A stretch of 50,205 nucleotides of DNA from a virus (taxonomy: Duplodnaviria > Caudoviricetes). Location: positions 1 to 50,205 of the IMG/VR virus record IMGVR_UViG_3300005805_000125; one strand, written 5' to 3'. Made by a program: the position numbers and the translations under genes. This document shows, one piece after another, positions 9,297 through 17,100 of the stretch. Each line of letters opens with the position of its first letter. Position 1 is the first letter of the stretch. Under the pieces are notes generated by a model. It had not been told where the DNA came from and did not search any database. It saw only the letters and a list, made by a program, of their open reading frames with translations.

Positions 9297-10132
9297 ACTT
9301 CAAATGTTTTCAATTTAAAGTTATCAGCACGATCCTCATAACCAATATAACCACGTGGATTACAAACGACCCTAGTTTCACCCACAACATAATCAAATGT
9401 TTCGTGTGTGTGACCATGTGTCCACAATTTAATTTGTGGATGTGATTCAATGAAAAAGTCTAGTGAAGAACTATAGCCACCATTCATCAAAGTTTCGTTT
9501 TGATATTTCGGATGAGTAGATAATCTTGATGGTGCATGGTGACCAACAACAACAAACTTTTGGTCATTTTTGCCTTCAACAACATGACGAATATAATTAA
9601 CCATTTTCCTATGATCTTCTACAGTATCTTCAGGTGAAAACTTGGCTGCACGTTCATGGAATTGACCATTAGCATCACGAAATGAAACTTTCTTGTTGCT
9701 ATTTTTCACACAACGAAAATCATTCATCATACTACCAATAGCGTGCAGTGTCATTGGATCTTCACCGTTCATATCCGTCCACAAAGTTCCGCCAACAAAA
9801 GTGACACCTTCAAGTGTGACTTTCTCTTTATCTAAGATGTATAAGTTTTGGAGGTAATGGAGATTGTATTTCAAATCTCTAAGTGTATCTCTGAAGTCAC
9901 CATGATAATGTTCATGGTTGCCAGCTATGTAGATAACATGCTTAAATTCATCAGAGCAATTCTTAAAAAAATCGTGAATTGATTCTGATTTGCTCATGGG
10001 TGAGCCAAGCTCTAGTAAATCTTTAGCAACACAGATATCACCTGATAAAATCAGGACATCAGCATCATCCATATTTCTAAGGATTAAACCACCAAATTCA
10101 AGATGTAAATCGGAACAAACTGCAATTTTCAT
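9293..10132 (-). CDS. Calcineurin-like metallophosphoesterase
   Basis: SDLHLE, GDI, GNHE, HH, HGHTH and NPRGY motifs. Confidence 0.9.
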   Translation of the reverse strand: MKIAVCSDLHLEFGGLILRNMDDADVLILSGDICVAKDLLELGSPMSKSESIHDFFKNCSDEFKHVIYIAGNHEHYHGDFRDTLRDLKYNLHYLQNLYILDKEKVTLEGVTFVGGTLWTDMNGEDPMTLHAIGSMMNDFRCVKNSNKKVSFRDANGQFHERAAKFSPEDTVEDHRKMVNYIRHVVEGKNDQKFVVVGHHAPSRLSTHPKYQNETLMNGGYSSSLDFFIESHPQIKLWTHGHTHETFDYVVGETRVVCNPRGYIGYEDRADNFKLKTFEV

Positions 10133-10154
10133 AATATATCCTCACAATACTACC

Positions 10155-10182
10155 ATTATAACATAACCAAATCATATGTCAA
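10155..10182 (-). promoter_or_regulatory. Sigma70-type early promoter
   Basis: TTGACA-16 nt-TATAAT with extended -10 TG; GAGGA RBS follows. Confidence 0.75.
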
Positions 10183-10207
10183 GGTATAGTTTAATTATTG
10201 CCTATAG

Positions 10208-10375
10208 TTATTTTATGATATTAAATGCCACTCTATTGACTAAAAAGGTTCGTTGAGGATTATCTTCCGAATAAACCCTAATAAAAGCCTTTTCTTCAAC
10301 TAATGTAACATCATCTATATTTTTACAATATACCACATCTCCGGTATAAATGTTTTTTAGTTTCGTAGGTTTCAT
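10208..10375 (-). CDS. Small hypothetical protein (55 aa), absent from the ORF track
   Basis: MKPTKLKNIYTGDVVYCKNIDDVTLVEEKAFIRVYSEDNPQRTFLVNRVAFNIIK*; fills the gap directly downstream of regA; GGA upstream. Confidence 0.6.
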   Translation of the reverse strand: MKPTKLKNIYTGDVVYCKNIDDVTLVEEKAFIRVYSEDNPQRTFLVNRVAFNIIK

Positions 10376-10389
10376 AATAAAAATCCATA

Positions 10390-10797
10390 TTAATATGCTT
10401 GTTCTGATTTTTTACCAATGTTGTATTTGGTAACCAGTTCCCACTCATTTTTTTCTTTGAATGAAATAATCTTAATTTGATGTAACGGTGCAATATTATC
10501 AATCATAATTTGTGGGTTTAAAATAGTTACCAAACCCCATTCTTCTAACAATTTAGCTATAGCATTCCGCCTTTGTATATCATTCTCAGATATGTTTGAT
10601 GGTTTACCATCTAATGCAAACAACTCCTTAAAATGAACAATGTAATATTGTCCCTGTTTATGGAGAATGTGGCACGATTGGTACAACACCTTTTCTTTCC
10701 GTGAAGATACACCGATTCTGGTCAATGTCTCACGAACCTTCAAAAAATCATCCTGCTCATTGAGTGTTACCTCAACAAACTTTTTTAAATCTACCAT
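10390..10797 (-). CDS. regA: Translational repressor RegA
   Basis: DDFLKVRETLTRIGV, LYQSCHILHKQGQYYIVHFKELFALDG. Confidence 0.96.
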   Translation of the reverse strand: MVDLKKFVEVTLNEQDDFLKVRETLTRIGVSSRKEKVLYQSCHILHKQGQYYIVHFKELFALDGKPSNISENDIQRRNAIAKLLEEWGLVTILNPQIMIDNIAPLHQIKIISFKEKNEWELVTKYNIGKKSEQAY

Positions 10798-10802
10798 GAT
10801 GC

Positions 10803-11177
10803 TTATCCACCTGTATCGGTTTTTTCTTTTAATAGTTGGATTTGTTCATCACTTAGTAGGCGTAAAGCTTCACGAGCTTTGGAATCTGACAGGCCATAGG
10901 CCAGTTTGACACATGCTATATCTTCACTTTTTTCAGATTTAACCCACTTTGCGAAAGGTCTTTTTCTAGACCTTACGGTATTTATCAAAAAATCATTTTG
11001 AAGTTTTTTGTCTAGGAAATGCCTGCGGTTCATCTCATTTGCATACATTATACAGTCGGAATGATAAGATAACGACCGATTAACAAGAAAAGGTATATAG
11101 TCTTTTTCTGTTAAATCATCAACAATCATTTGCTTCTTGTTCTGAAGAATGGCATTTACATAATCAAAAGGGCTCAT
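10803..11177 (-). CDS. gp62: Clamp loader small subunit (T4 gp62)
   Basis: MSPFDYVNAI...YIPFLVNRSLS...ANEMN; upstream of regA. Start reassigned to the ATG at 11177. Confidence 0.88.
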   Translation of the reverse strand: MSPFDYVNAILQNKKQMIVDDLTEKDYIPFLVNRSLSYHSDCIMYANEMNRRHFLDKKLQNDFLINTVRSRKRPFAKWVKSEKSEDIACVKLAYGLSDSKAREALRLLSDEQIQLLKEKTDTGG

Positions 11178-11178
11178 A

Positions 11179-11748
11179 TTACACCATAAAATTTGATAAA
11201 TTAGTTTCACTTGATACCGTTAAAGATGCATATTCTTTTGCATAAGTATCAAACCTTTTTTTAGTATTTTCAACAAATTCAATATATTTAAATTGAAACT
11301 CTTGCAACCAAAGCTGCCTATCTAATTTTACTCTTGTTCTAATTACTTTATTTTTGTTATCGGTTTTCATATGCAAAAAACCTTTGCCTTGATTCAAAAT
11401 GTTATATTCTATTTCTTCAATAAAATGCTCACGAACATCTGTTAATATTAAATGGCCCCTATTGTTATTATAGTTAACAAGAATTATTTTTAGTTGATTA
11501 TCAGGATTACATAACCATGGAGCAATAGCTACTGTGCAGATTCTTCCACCTAAATTACCATCTACACTAGTTTTTATATTGTAACCAAATTTTTCATTGA
11601 CCCAAACATCAGCAAATTTTTGCCTTTTGCTCTTTGGTTTATAGTTAAAATGGTTTTGAAATTGAGATTCTATGAACGATTCAGCACCGGCACCTTCATT
11701 TATTTGGTATTCATTTTTAAGACCAAACTTTTCTGGTGTTATTACCAC
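11179..11748 (-). CDS. Hypothetical protein, possible PD-(D/E)XK restriction-like endonuclease
   Basis: E...FADVWV...GYNIKT spacing resembles the PD-(D/E/N)xK core; very AT-rich; GTG start overlaps the upstream stop. Confidence 0.4.
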   Translation of the reverse strand: MVITPEKFGLKNEYQINEGAGAESFIESQFQNHFNYKPKSKRQKFADVWVNEKFGYNIKTSVDGNLGGRICTVAIAPWLCNPDNQLKIILVNYNNNRGHLILTDVREHFIEEIEYNILNQGKGFLHMKTDNKNKVIRTRVKLDRQLWLQEFQFKYIEFVENTKKRFDTYAKEYASLTVSSETNLSNFMV

Positions 11749-12029
11749 AACATTCTCACTAAACCAACGGTATCAATCGTTGTTAACAGGATATAGTTAG
11801 CCAACATGCCAAATGATTTCCTGCTAAAAGAAGCCCAAGCATACAAAGAACAACCAAATATCCAAATAGGATAAAGGTGAAGTAACGGAGGATTTGGAAC
11901 AGTGAGGGCCATTGTGATTGAGCATCCGATAGATATAGCCCAAGCCAAAAGCTCAATAATAAACCTAAAACGATAAGAATTAAAATCATTTTTAATCCAT
12001 GCAAATATATTGAAAATTATGGTGTTCAT
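11742..12029 (-). CDS. Small integral membrane protein (about 3 TM helices)
   Basis: Three hydrophobic segments: IIELLAWAISIGCSITMAL, LYPIWIFGCSLYAWASF, GMLANYILLTTIDTVGLV. Confidence 0.7.
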   Translation of the reverse strand: MNTIIFNIFAWIKNDFNSYRFRFIIELLAWAISIGCSITMALTVPNPPLLHLYPIWIFGCSLYAWASFSRKSFGMLANYILLTTIDTVGLVRMLW

Positions 12030-12958
12030 TTAAATTCACACCCAACCATGATTTCCGTAAGACAAGCCACAGTATTTATCTCAGTATCAGCTACAAATGC
12101 CTGTTTATACTGATAATCAGCCAAAATAATTACCGCTTGTGGAATACTTTGTGGCTTTAAAACATCATATAGGTTATCATAGATTTTACGGAAGAATGTT
12201 GTTGCATCAATATCATTACTTGCAACCCATTTACGAATAGCACCAAAGTCTTTATCTTTGATGTATTTGATAATATCACCTAGTGATACTTCCACTATAT
12301 GTGAAAGGATGCCACTATCAATTTTACCGAACTGTGAATACCGTTGTAACTCATTAATGATACGGCGAAAGTCTGGAAAGTGTTTCTTAATTAACTCAAC
12401 AATAACCTTATCATCATATTCAATTTCTTCACTCTGTAAAATAGACTGAATTCTTTTAAAGAATTGGCCAGCCATCTGCGTTTTTTCGGCATTCTTTAAA
12501 TTGAATTCAACGACAGCACAACGACTGTGTAATGGGTCAATTAATTTGTTTTTGTAATTACAGGTGAAGATAAAGGAACAGTTTGAAGCGAATTCTTCAA
12601 TTGCATTACGAAAAGCTGCTTGAGCATTTGGTGATAGATAGTCAGCTTCATCAATAATAATGACTTTGCGACCACCCGATAAAGACATAGACGATGCATA
12701 ATTGGTGATTTTGTATCTAACAACATCAACGCCATTTTCATCTGACCCGTTGATGATCATATAATCACAACGAATCTCCTCACACATGGCTTTAGCAACT
12801 GTAGTTTTACCTACGCCTGCACCGCCAGATAGAAGAAGATTGGGAATGTTGTTTTGATTAACATATTCCTGAAATGGTGTTTTTAACCGATCAGGAAGAA
12901 TACACTCAGCAATAGTTTTAGGACGGTATTTCTCCGTAAATAAAAGATGTTCTAACAT
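12026..12958 (-). CDS. gp44: Clamp loader large subunit (T4 gp44, RFC-like AAA+)
   Basis: EKYRP, GGAGVGKTT, IIDEAD, SRC and FPDFRR motifs. Confidence 0.96.
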   Translation of the reverse strand: MLEHLLFTEKYRPKTIAECILPDRLKTPFQEYVNQNNIPNLLLSGGAGVGKTTVAKAMCEEIRCDYMIINGSDENGVDVVRYKITNYASSMSLSGGRKVIIIDEADYLSPNAQAAFRNAIEEFASNCSFIFTCNYKNKLIDPLHSRCAVVEFNLKNAEKTQMAGQFFKRIQSILQSEEIEYDDKVIVELIKKHFPDFRRIINELQRYSQFGKIDSGILSHIVEVSLGDIIKYIKDKDFGAIRKWVASNDIDATTFFRKIYDNLYDVLKPQSIPQAVIILADYQYKQAFVADTEINTVACLTEIMVGCEFK

Positions 12959-12996
12959 TCACAAGCCTCATAATATAAAATAATAATTTAATCACT

Positions 12997-13188
12997 TCAA
13001 CTTAACCGAGCAACAACTTCAAGATAAGGTTCTTCTACAGTCCAAGTATTGTTGCCAATGCCATAGATTGCGGTCACCTTATCACCTTCTTCGTTTTCAA
13101 TTACAAAAACACTAATGACATGATCAGGGTTAATTGCGATTGAATCAGAGGCATTACCTTTAAAGCTGTTTGTAAAATAAACTAACAT
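12997..13188 (-). CDS. Small hypothetical protein, FlbD-like pattern
   Basis: Likely start MLVYFTN at 13188, just after the gp45 stop; IAINPDHVISV...TVEEPYLEVVARL. Confidence 0.5.
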   Translation of the reverse strand: MLVYFTNSFKGNASDSIAINPDHVISVFVIENEEGDKVTAIYGIGNNTWTVEEPYLEVVARLS

Positions 13189-13189
13189 A

Positions 13190-13885
13190 TTAAGCCTTAG
13201 TGAAAGTAGAACCAGCTTCTGTTGAAATGAAATATTGTAACTGAACTGTTTTGTGTTTAAAGTTAGAAATTCCCTTTGAAGAAATTTGTACATCATACCC
13301 GCCGTTCAACAACTTGGTGAGATTTTCTGTTTTAAAAACAAAACGAAACTTATCACCATTACCATCAGCGACTTCAAGAGCATCTGTGTGAGCAGAATCA
13401 TCTGTTGTATCAAATGCAGACACAACAATTTTGGTGCCATCAGATTCAACCGAAATTTGTGGTGAACCAAGAACGCCAGCAGATTTTAGAATCCATTGAA
13501 AATCTTCTTCACTGAAGGAAAAAGAAACTTCTGGATCAGGCATCACCAATTCTTTTTCAGGCGGTGTGTTAATCGTGTTAGCGGCTGCAAAACGGTATTT
13601 GATTTTACTACGACCTTTGTTACCAACAATCACGAGCTCTTTTGAATCAAATTCAAGTGTTGGAGAATCCTTATGCAAAGAAAGTGCAGAAAGAAAGGTG
13701 TTTAAATTGTAAATACCAAACTCAGTTGGAATATCTTCATTGATTGTTACTTGAGCAAGAATGTTCTTGCCTGATGAAATAGTCTTTAAAACTTTACCTT
13801 TTTTAAAGAGCAGCCCATCATTAATTGCACCAAAGTTTTTTAGAACATTGATTGTATCGGTTGATAACTTCATAATATACTCCAC
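13190..13885 (-). CDS. gp45: Sliding clamp (T4 gp45)
   Basis: MKLSTDTINVLKNFGAIN...FGIYNLNTFL...YDVQISSKGIS; gp45-44-62 synteny. Confidence 0.93.
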   Translation of the reverse strand: MEYIMKLSTDTINVLKNFGAINDGLLFKKGKVLKTISSGKNILAQVTINEDIPTEFGIYNLNTFLSALSLHKDSPTLEFDSKELVIVGNKGRSKIKYRFAAANTINTPPEKELVMPDPEVSFSFSEEDFQWILKSAGVLGSPQISVESDGTKIVVSAFDTTDDSAHTDALEVADGNGDKFRFVFKTENLTKLLNGGYDVQISSKGISNFKHKTVQLQYFISTEAGSTFTKA

Positions 13886-13902
13886 ATTAAAATAATAATA
13901 TC

Positions 13903-13931
13903 ATTATACTACATCATTTTATAAATTGCAA
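13903..13931 (-). promoter_or_regulatory. Sigma70-type early promoter for gp45
   Basis: TTGCAA-17 nt-TATAAT, then GGAG RBS. Confidence 0.65.
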
Positions 13932-14522
13932 TACTCTCTCTACTTCTTTACCTAAATCTTGAATACTGCCATTGTTGGCAATCGTATAATTGAATTCACA
14001 ACCAACCCAATCCCATTCTGATTTATGAATATGTTCAAATTGCATGAACTTGGTTCTTTCAGTTTCCGATTGTATTTTTTCAAGCTTGACATACCAATTT
14101 GGATCTTCACCCCTTTTAACACGAATAACTATGCCACCATTGTCTTGGATGTATTGTATCTCATTTTTGAATCGGACATCGGTAACAACAACATCTTTAC
14201 CTTTTGCACGATTCAACAATGAAATGACCCAAACATCTTTATGAAATACATCACGGCCAGCTTCTGTGCCCATTAATTGGAGAGCTTCACGAGGAGTAAA
14301 TTGGCGACCAAATTTTTCACTCCAGTAATTATCAGGTTCTTCACGCCATTTTCTAGAAACTTCGGTGTCACCTTCAAGCAGTTCTCTAGGCCATCCAAAC
14401 ATAACAGAACAAGCATCTTTAAGTGGTTTGGCGAAACTGTCTTTGATAAATCCTTTTTGTTCAAGGATATCACCGACAGTTCCCTTGCCTGATCCAATAA
14501 AACCAACCAAACCGATTATCAT
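13914..14522 (-). CDS. Deoxynucleoside monophosphate kinase (T4 gp1-like)
   Basis: GFIGSGKGT P-loop, SFAKPLKD, TPREALQLMGTE, TDVRFKNE, HKSE. Confidence 0.88.
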   Translation of the reverse strand: MIIGLVGFIGSGKGTVGDILEQKGFIKDSFAKPLKDACSVMFGWPRELLEGDTEVSRKWREEPDNYWSEKFGRQFTPREALQLMGTEAGRDVFHKDVWVISLLNRAKGKDVVVTDVRFKNEIQYIQDNGGIVIRVKRGEDPNWYVKLEKIQSETERTKFMQFEHIHKSEWDWVGCEFNYTIANNGSIQDLGKEVERVLQFIK

Positions 14523-15334
14523 AACTTGCCAGTATACTGAGCAACAGCAGGCATGTTACCACTAAATGCATATGAACCAATGTGCTGTAGTTTCATCCAT
14601 GGACATAAATGAATTTTGCCACCCATCTTGCGCCACATTTGACAGAACATATAATCTTCTGACAAGTATCGTTCACTACCACCACCCGTAATTGATTCTT
14701 TACTATCAATCACAGTATCAAAGTATGCGTGAATATACCTTGAACCATCAAAATTGGCTTGGCCAACATGATCTGGTTTGTAACGAATGTTTGGATATTC
14801 TGCTGCCATTTTCTCAAACACATTTCGTTTGATCAACATATGGCCTGTGCCAATCTCCATAACCTCTAGAGGTTCTGACACCTGAAATGATTGTGTTCCT
14901 TTTACCACATTGAACACATACTCACCTACCAATTCTTGAAGAGCACCAGGATCCATATCAGGATGGTTACGGGCTGCATGTGCAACATTACCCCAATTAA
15001 TTGATTTCTTAGGATATGGTCCGCCAATAATATCTTTATCTAACGCCAATAGTGCTAGAATATCTTTTGGCGAAAAATGAATATCAGAATCAATAAACAT
15101 CATATGGGTGTAATCTGTGCGAAGAAACTCATCAACAAGATAATTTCTTGCTCGTGTGATAAGGGATTCGTTAAAAAGGAATGAAAACTTCACTTCAATT
15201 CCGTACTGTGCCATGGTCATTTGCAAATCAAGGCACGATTTCATATACAATCCAAAAGCCATACCACCATACATCGGTGTGGCAATGAAAAGTTTATGTT
15301 TTTTCAATTCATCAATATTTACTTGAATTTCCAT
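14519..15334 (-). CDS. GT-A fold glycosyltransferase-like protein
   Basis: FIATPMYGG, ESLITRARN, DxD in FIDSDI, GTGHMLIKR, LSEDYMFC, HIG. Confidence 0.7.
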   Translation of the reverse strand: MEIQVNIDELKKHKLFIATPMYGGMAFGLYMKSCLDLQMTMAQYGIEVKFSFLFNESLITRARNYLVDEFLRTDYTHMMFIDSDIHFSPKDILALLALDKDIIGGPYPKKSINWGNVAHAARNHPDMDPGALQELVGEYVFNVVKGTQSFQVSEPLEVMEIGTGHMLIKRNVFEKMAAEYPNIRYKPDHVGQANFDGSRYIHAYFDTVIDSKESITGGGSERYLSEDYMFCQMWRKMGGKIHLCPWMKLQHIGSYAFSGNMPAVAQYTGKL

Positions 15335-15350
15335 AGTGTATCCATAAAAT

Positions 15351-15386
15351 AAAAAAAAGGAGAGATACTAATATATATCTCTCCTT
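15351..15386 (-). terminator. Rho-independent terminator
   Basis: AAGGAGAGATA/TATCTCTCCTT 11-bp stem followed by a T-run on the minus strand. Confidence 0.75.
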
Positions 15387-15407
15387 GCTCAACAAAACGC
15401 CGTTAAA

Positions 15408-15680
15408 TTAGGCGAATGTTGGCTCACCGGCTTGGCGAAGTGCCATGATACCAGCAGCAACGATGCGCTTGGTTGGTGTACCAAGACGATAGAAAGAAAC
15501 TTTCTCACCTTTGGCATTGATGCGGCTGTTCAGGTAAATTGCATGACCTTCTTTACGCAATTCGTTGACAGTAGCACTTGGGTTTTGTACACCAAACTTA
15601 GCAGCCATTTGATTAGCTGTAAGTGTGTTGTATGTGCTGTCATTTGACAGGTAAGAAAGAACTTTTGATTTTGCAGACAT
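15408..15680 (-). CDS. Winged-helix DNA-binding protein
   Basis: TLTANQMAAKFGVQNPSATVNELRKEGHAI...YRL wHTH pattern; has its own promoter and terminator. Confidence 0.7.
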   Translation of the reverse strand: MSAKSKVLSYLSNDSTYNTLTANQMAAKFGVQNPSATVNELRKEGHAIYLNSRINAKGEKVSFYRLGTPTKRIVAAGIMALRQAGEPTFA

Positions 15681-15758
15681 TGTAAAACTCCATAATTAAA
15701 ATGAATCACTTTTGAAAAAGTTATCTGAAGCGTGATTCAAACCTCAAGATTAGATACT

Positions 15759-15811
15759 AGTGTAACAGATACTTGTGAATAAGTCAAGCGTTTTACGGCA
15801 GACTTATTCAC
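15759..15811 (-). promoter_or_regulatory. Sigma70 promoter overlapped by an 11-bp perfect inverted repeat
   Basis: TTGACT-17 nt-TACACT; GTGAATAAGTC (15775-15785) and GACTTATTCAC (15801-15811). Confidence 0.65.
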
Positions 15812-15818
15812 TATTGCC

Positions 15819-17018
15819 TTAGAACGGAATTTCTTCCGCTACTTTAACTTCTTCGGCAACCGCCGTTTGTGCCAAAATGGACTCGGTATTTGCACCAGCA
15901 TCAACTTTGGTATACAAATCAAGAAACGACATCTTAGTATCATCATCAAAACGATTCAGGCACAACTCAATGGCTTTCATCCGATTACCGAACACACCAT
16001 AAGTTTTTGAAATATGCACCAAGCGGCGAGTAGAAATCACTTCATCAACTCCGCCTTCTACGAATGTTTTGCGAATCACATCTGCCCAAGTAACAAGTTT
16101 CTCGGCAAATTCATCATCAGCTTTACCAAATGATGTTAATTCTTTCTTGATAATCTTACGCTCAACGGCAACTGGAGGCCAGTCTTGTTCGTAAGTATTA
16201 AGAAATCTTTCAAGGAAGGCTTCGTTAAGAACATTGGTGAACATATAACGACCATCTTCTGAACCTTTACCTTTGGTATTTGCAGTAGCAACAATGGTAA
16301 AACCTTCAGCAGGAACCACATTTTCATTTTTCTTTTTCAACAAGAATGGTTTGCCTTCAAGAACACGCTGCAAGCAAGAAAGGTTCTGAGCACCGTAATC
16401 AATTTCATCAATGCACAATACAGCACCTTGACGAGCAGCAACCGTAACCGGGCCGTCACGCCATTCCATCTGACCGTTAATCAGAACATAGTTACCGAGC
16501 AAATCACTTTCATCGGTCTCAGGTGTCATTGAAACGCAAATAAACTTGCGGCCAACTTTGGCACAAGCTTGCTCAACTGACATTGTTTTACCATTACCTG
16601 AATGACCAGTAATGAAAACTGGATAAAATTGCTTTGATGAAACGATTTTCAACAAATCATCATAGTTACCAAATGGCACATAATTTTTGTAGGCCTTGGG
16701 AACCAGATTTTCTGTTTCAAGGTCAGTAATCACACTAGCAATACGGTTACCGCCGTTTTGTACGGTTTTATTATCTGGCATTTTAATGACCTGTGCTGTC
16801 ATGTCAATTGTAGCTGTGATAGGAACAGCTTTTGAATTAGGTACTCGGTACAAACCACGGCCAACTCGGTTTGATTCATCTTTGGTGAACCACGGCACTC
16901 CGTAGATACCAATTGTTGAACAAATTTCTTTAATCTCAGATTTCGTTACTGTATCTTTACCGAGGTTTGTAAGCAAAGCAAAAAACTTTTCACGAACTTC
17001 AACTTTGGTGGTACGCAT
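15819..17018 (-). CDS. cobS: CobS/MoxR-like AAA+ ATPase
   Basis: GHSGNGKT, DESDLLG, LCIDEID, ATANTKGKGS, NEAFLERF, ISTRRL. Confidence 0.88.
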   Translation of the reverse strand: MRTTKVEVREKFFALLTNLGKDTVTKSEIKEICSTIGIYGVPWFTKDESNRVGRGLYRVPNSKAVPITATIDMTAQVIKMPDNKTVQNGGNRIASVITDLETENLVPKAYKNYVPFGNYDDLLKIVSSKQFYPVFITGHSGNGKTMSVEQACAKVGRKFICVSMTPETDESDLLGNYVLINGQMEWRDGPVTVAARQGAVLCIDEIDYGAQNLSCLQRVLEGKPFLLKKKNENVVPAEGFTIVATANTKGKGSEDGRYMFTNVLNEAFLERFLNTYEQDWPPVAVERKIIKKELTSFGKADDEFAEKLVTWADVIRKTFVEGGVDEVISTRRLVHISKTYGVFGNRMKAIELCLNRFDDDTKMSFLDLYTKVDAGANTESILAQTAVAEEVKVAEEIPF

Positions 17019-17047
17019 TTAAAACTCCAAATTTCACTAGAACTTCC

Positions 17048-17099
17048 ATTATATAATAAAAAACAACATATGTCAAGGCTATGTTGTAAAAATACAACA
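17048..17099 (-). promoter_or_regulatory. Consensus sigma70 promoter with upstream palindrome
   Basis: TTGACA-17 nt-TATAAT (17076 to 17048); TGTTGTATTTTTACAACA palindrome at 17082-17099. Confidence 0.8.
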
Positions 17100-17100
17100 G

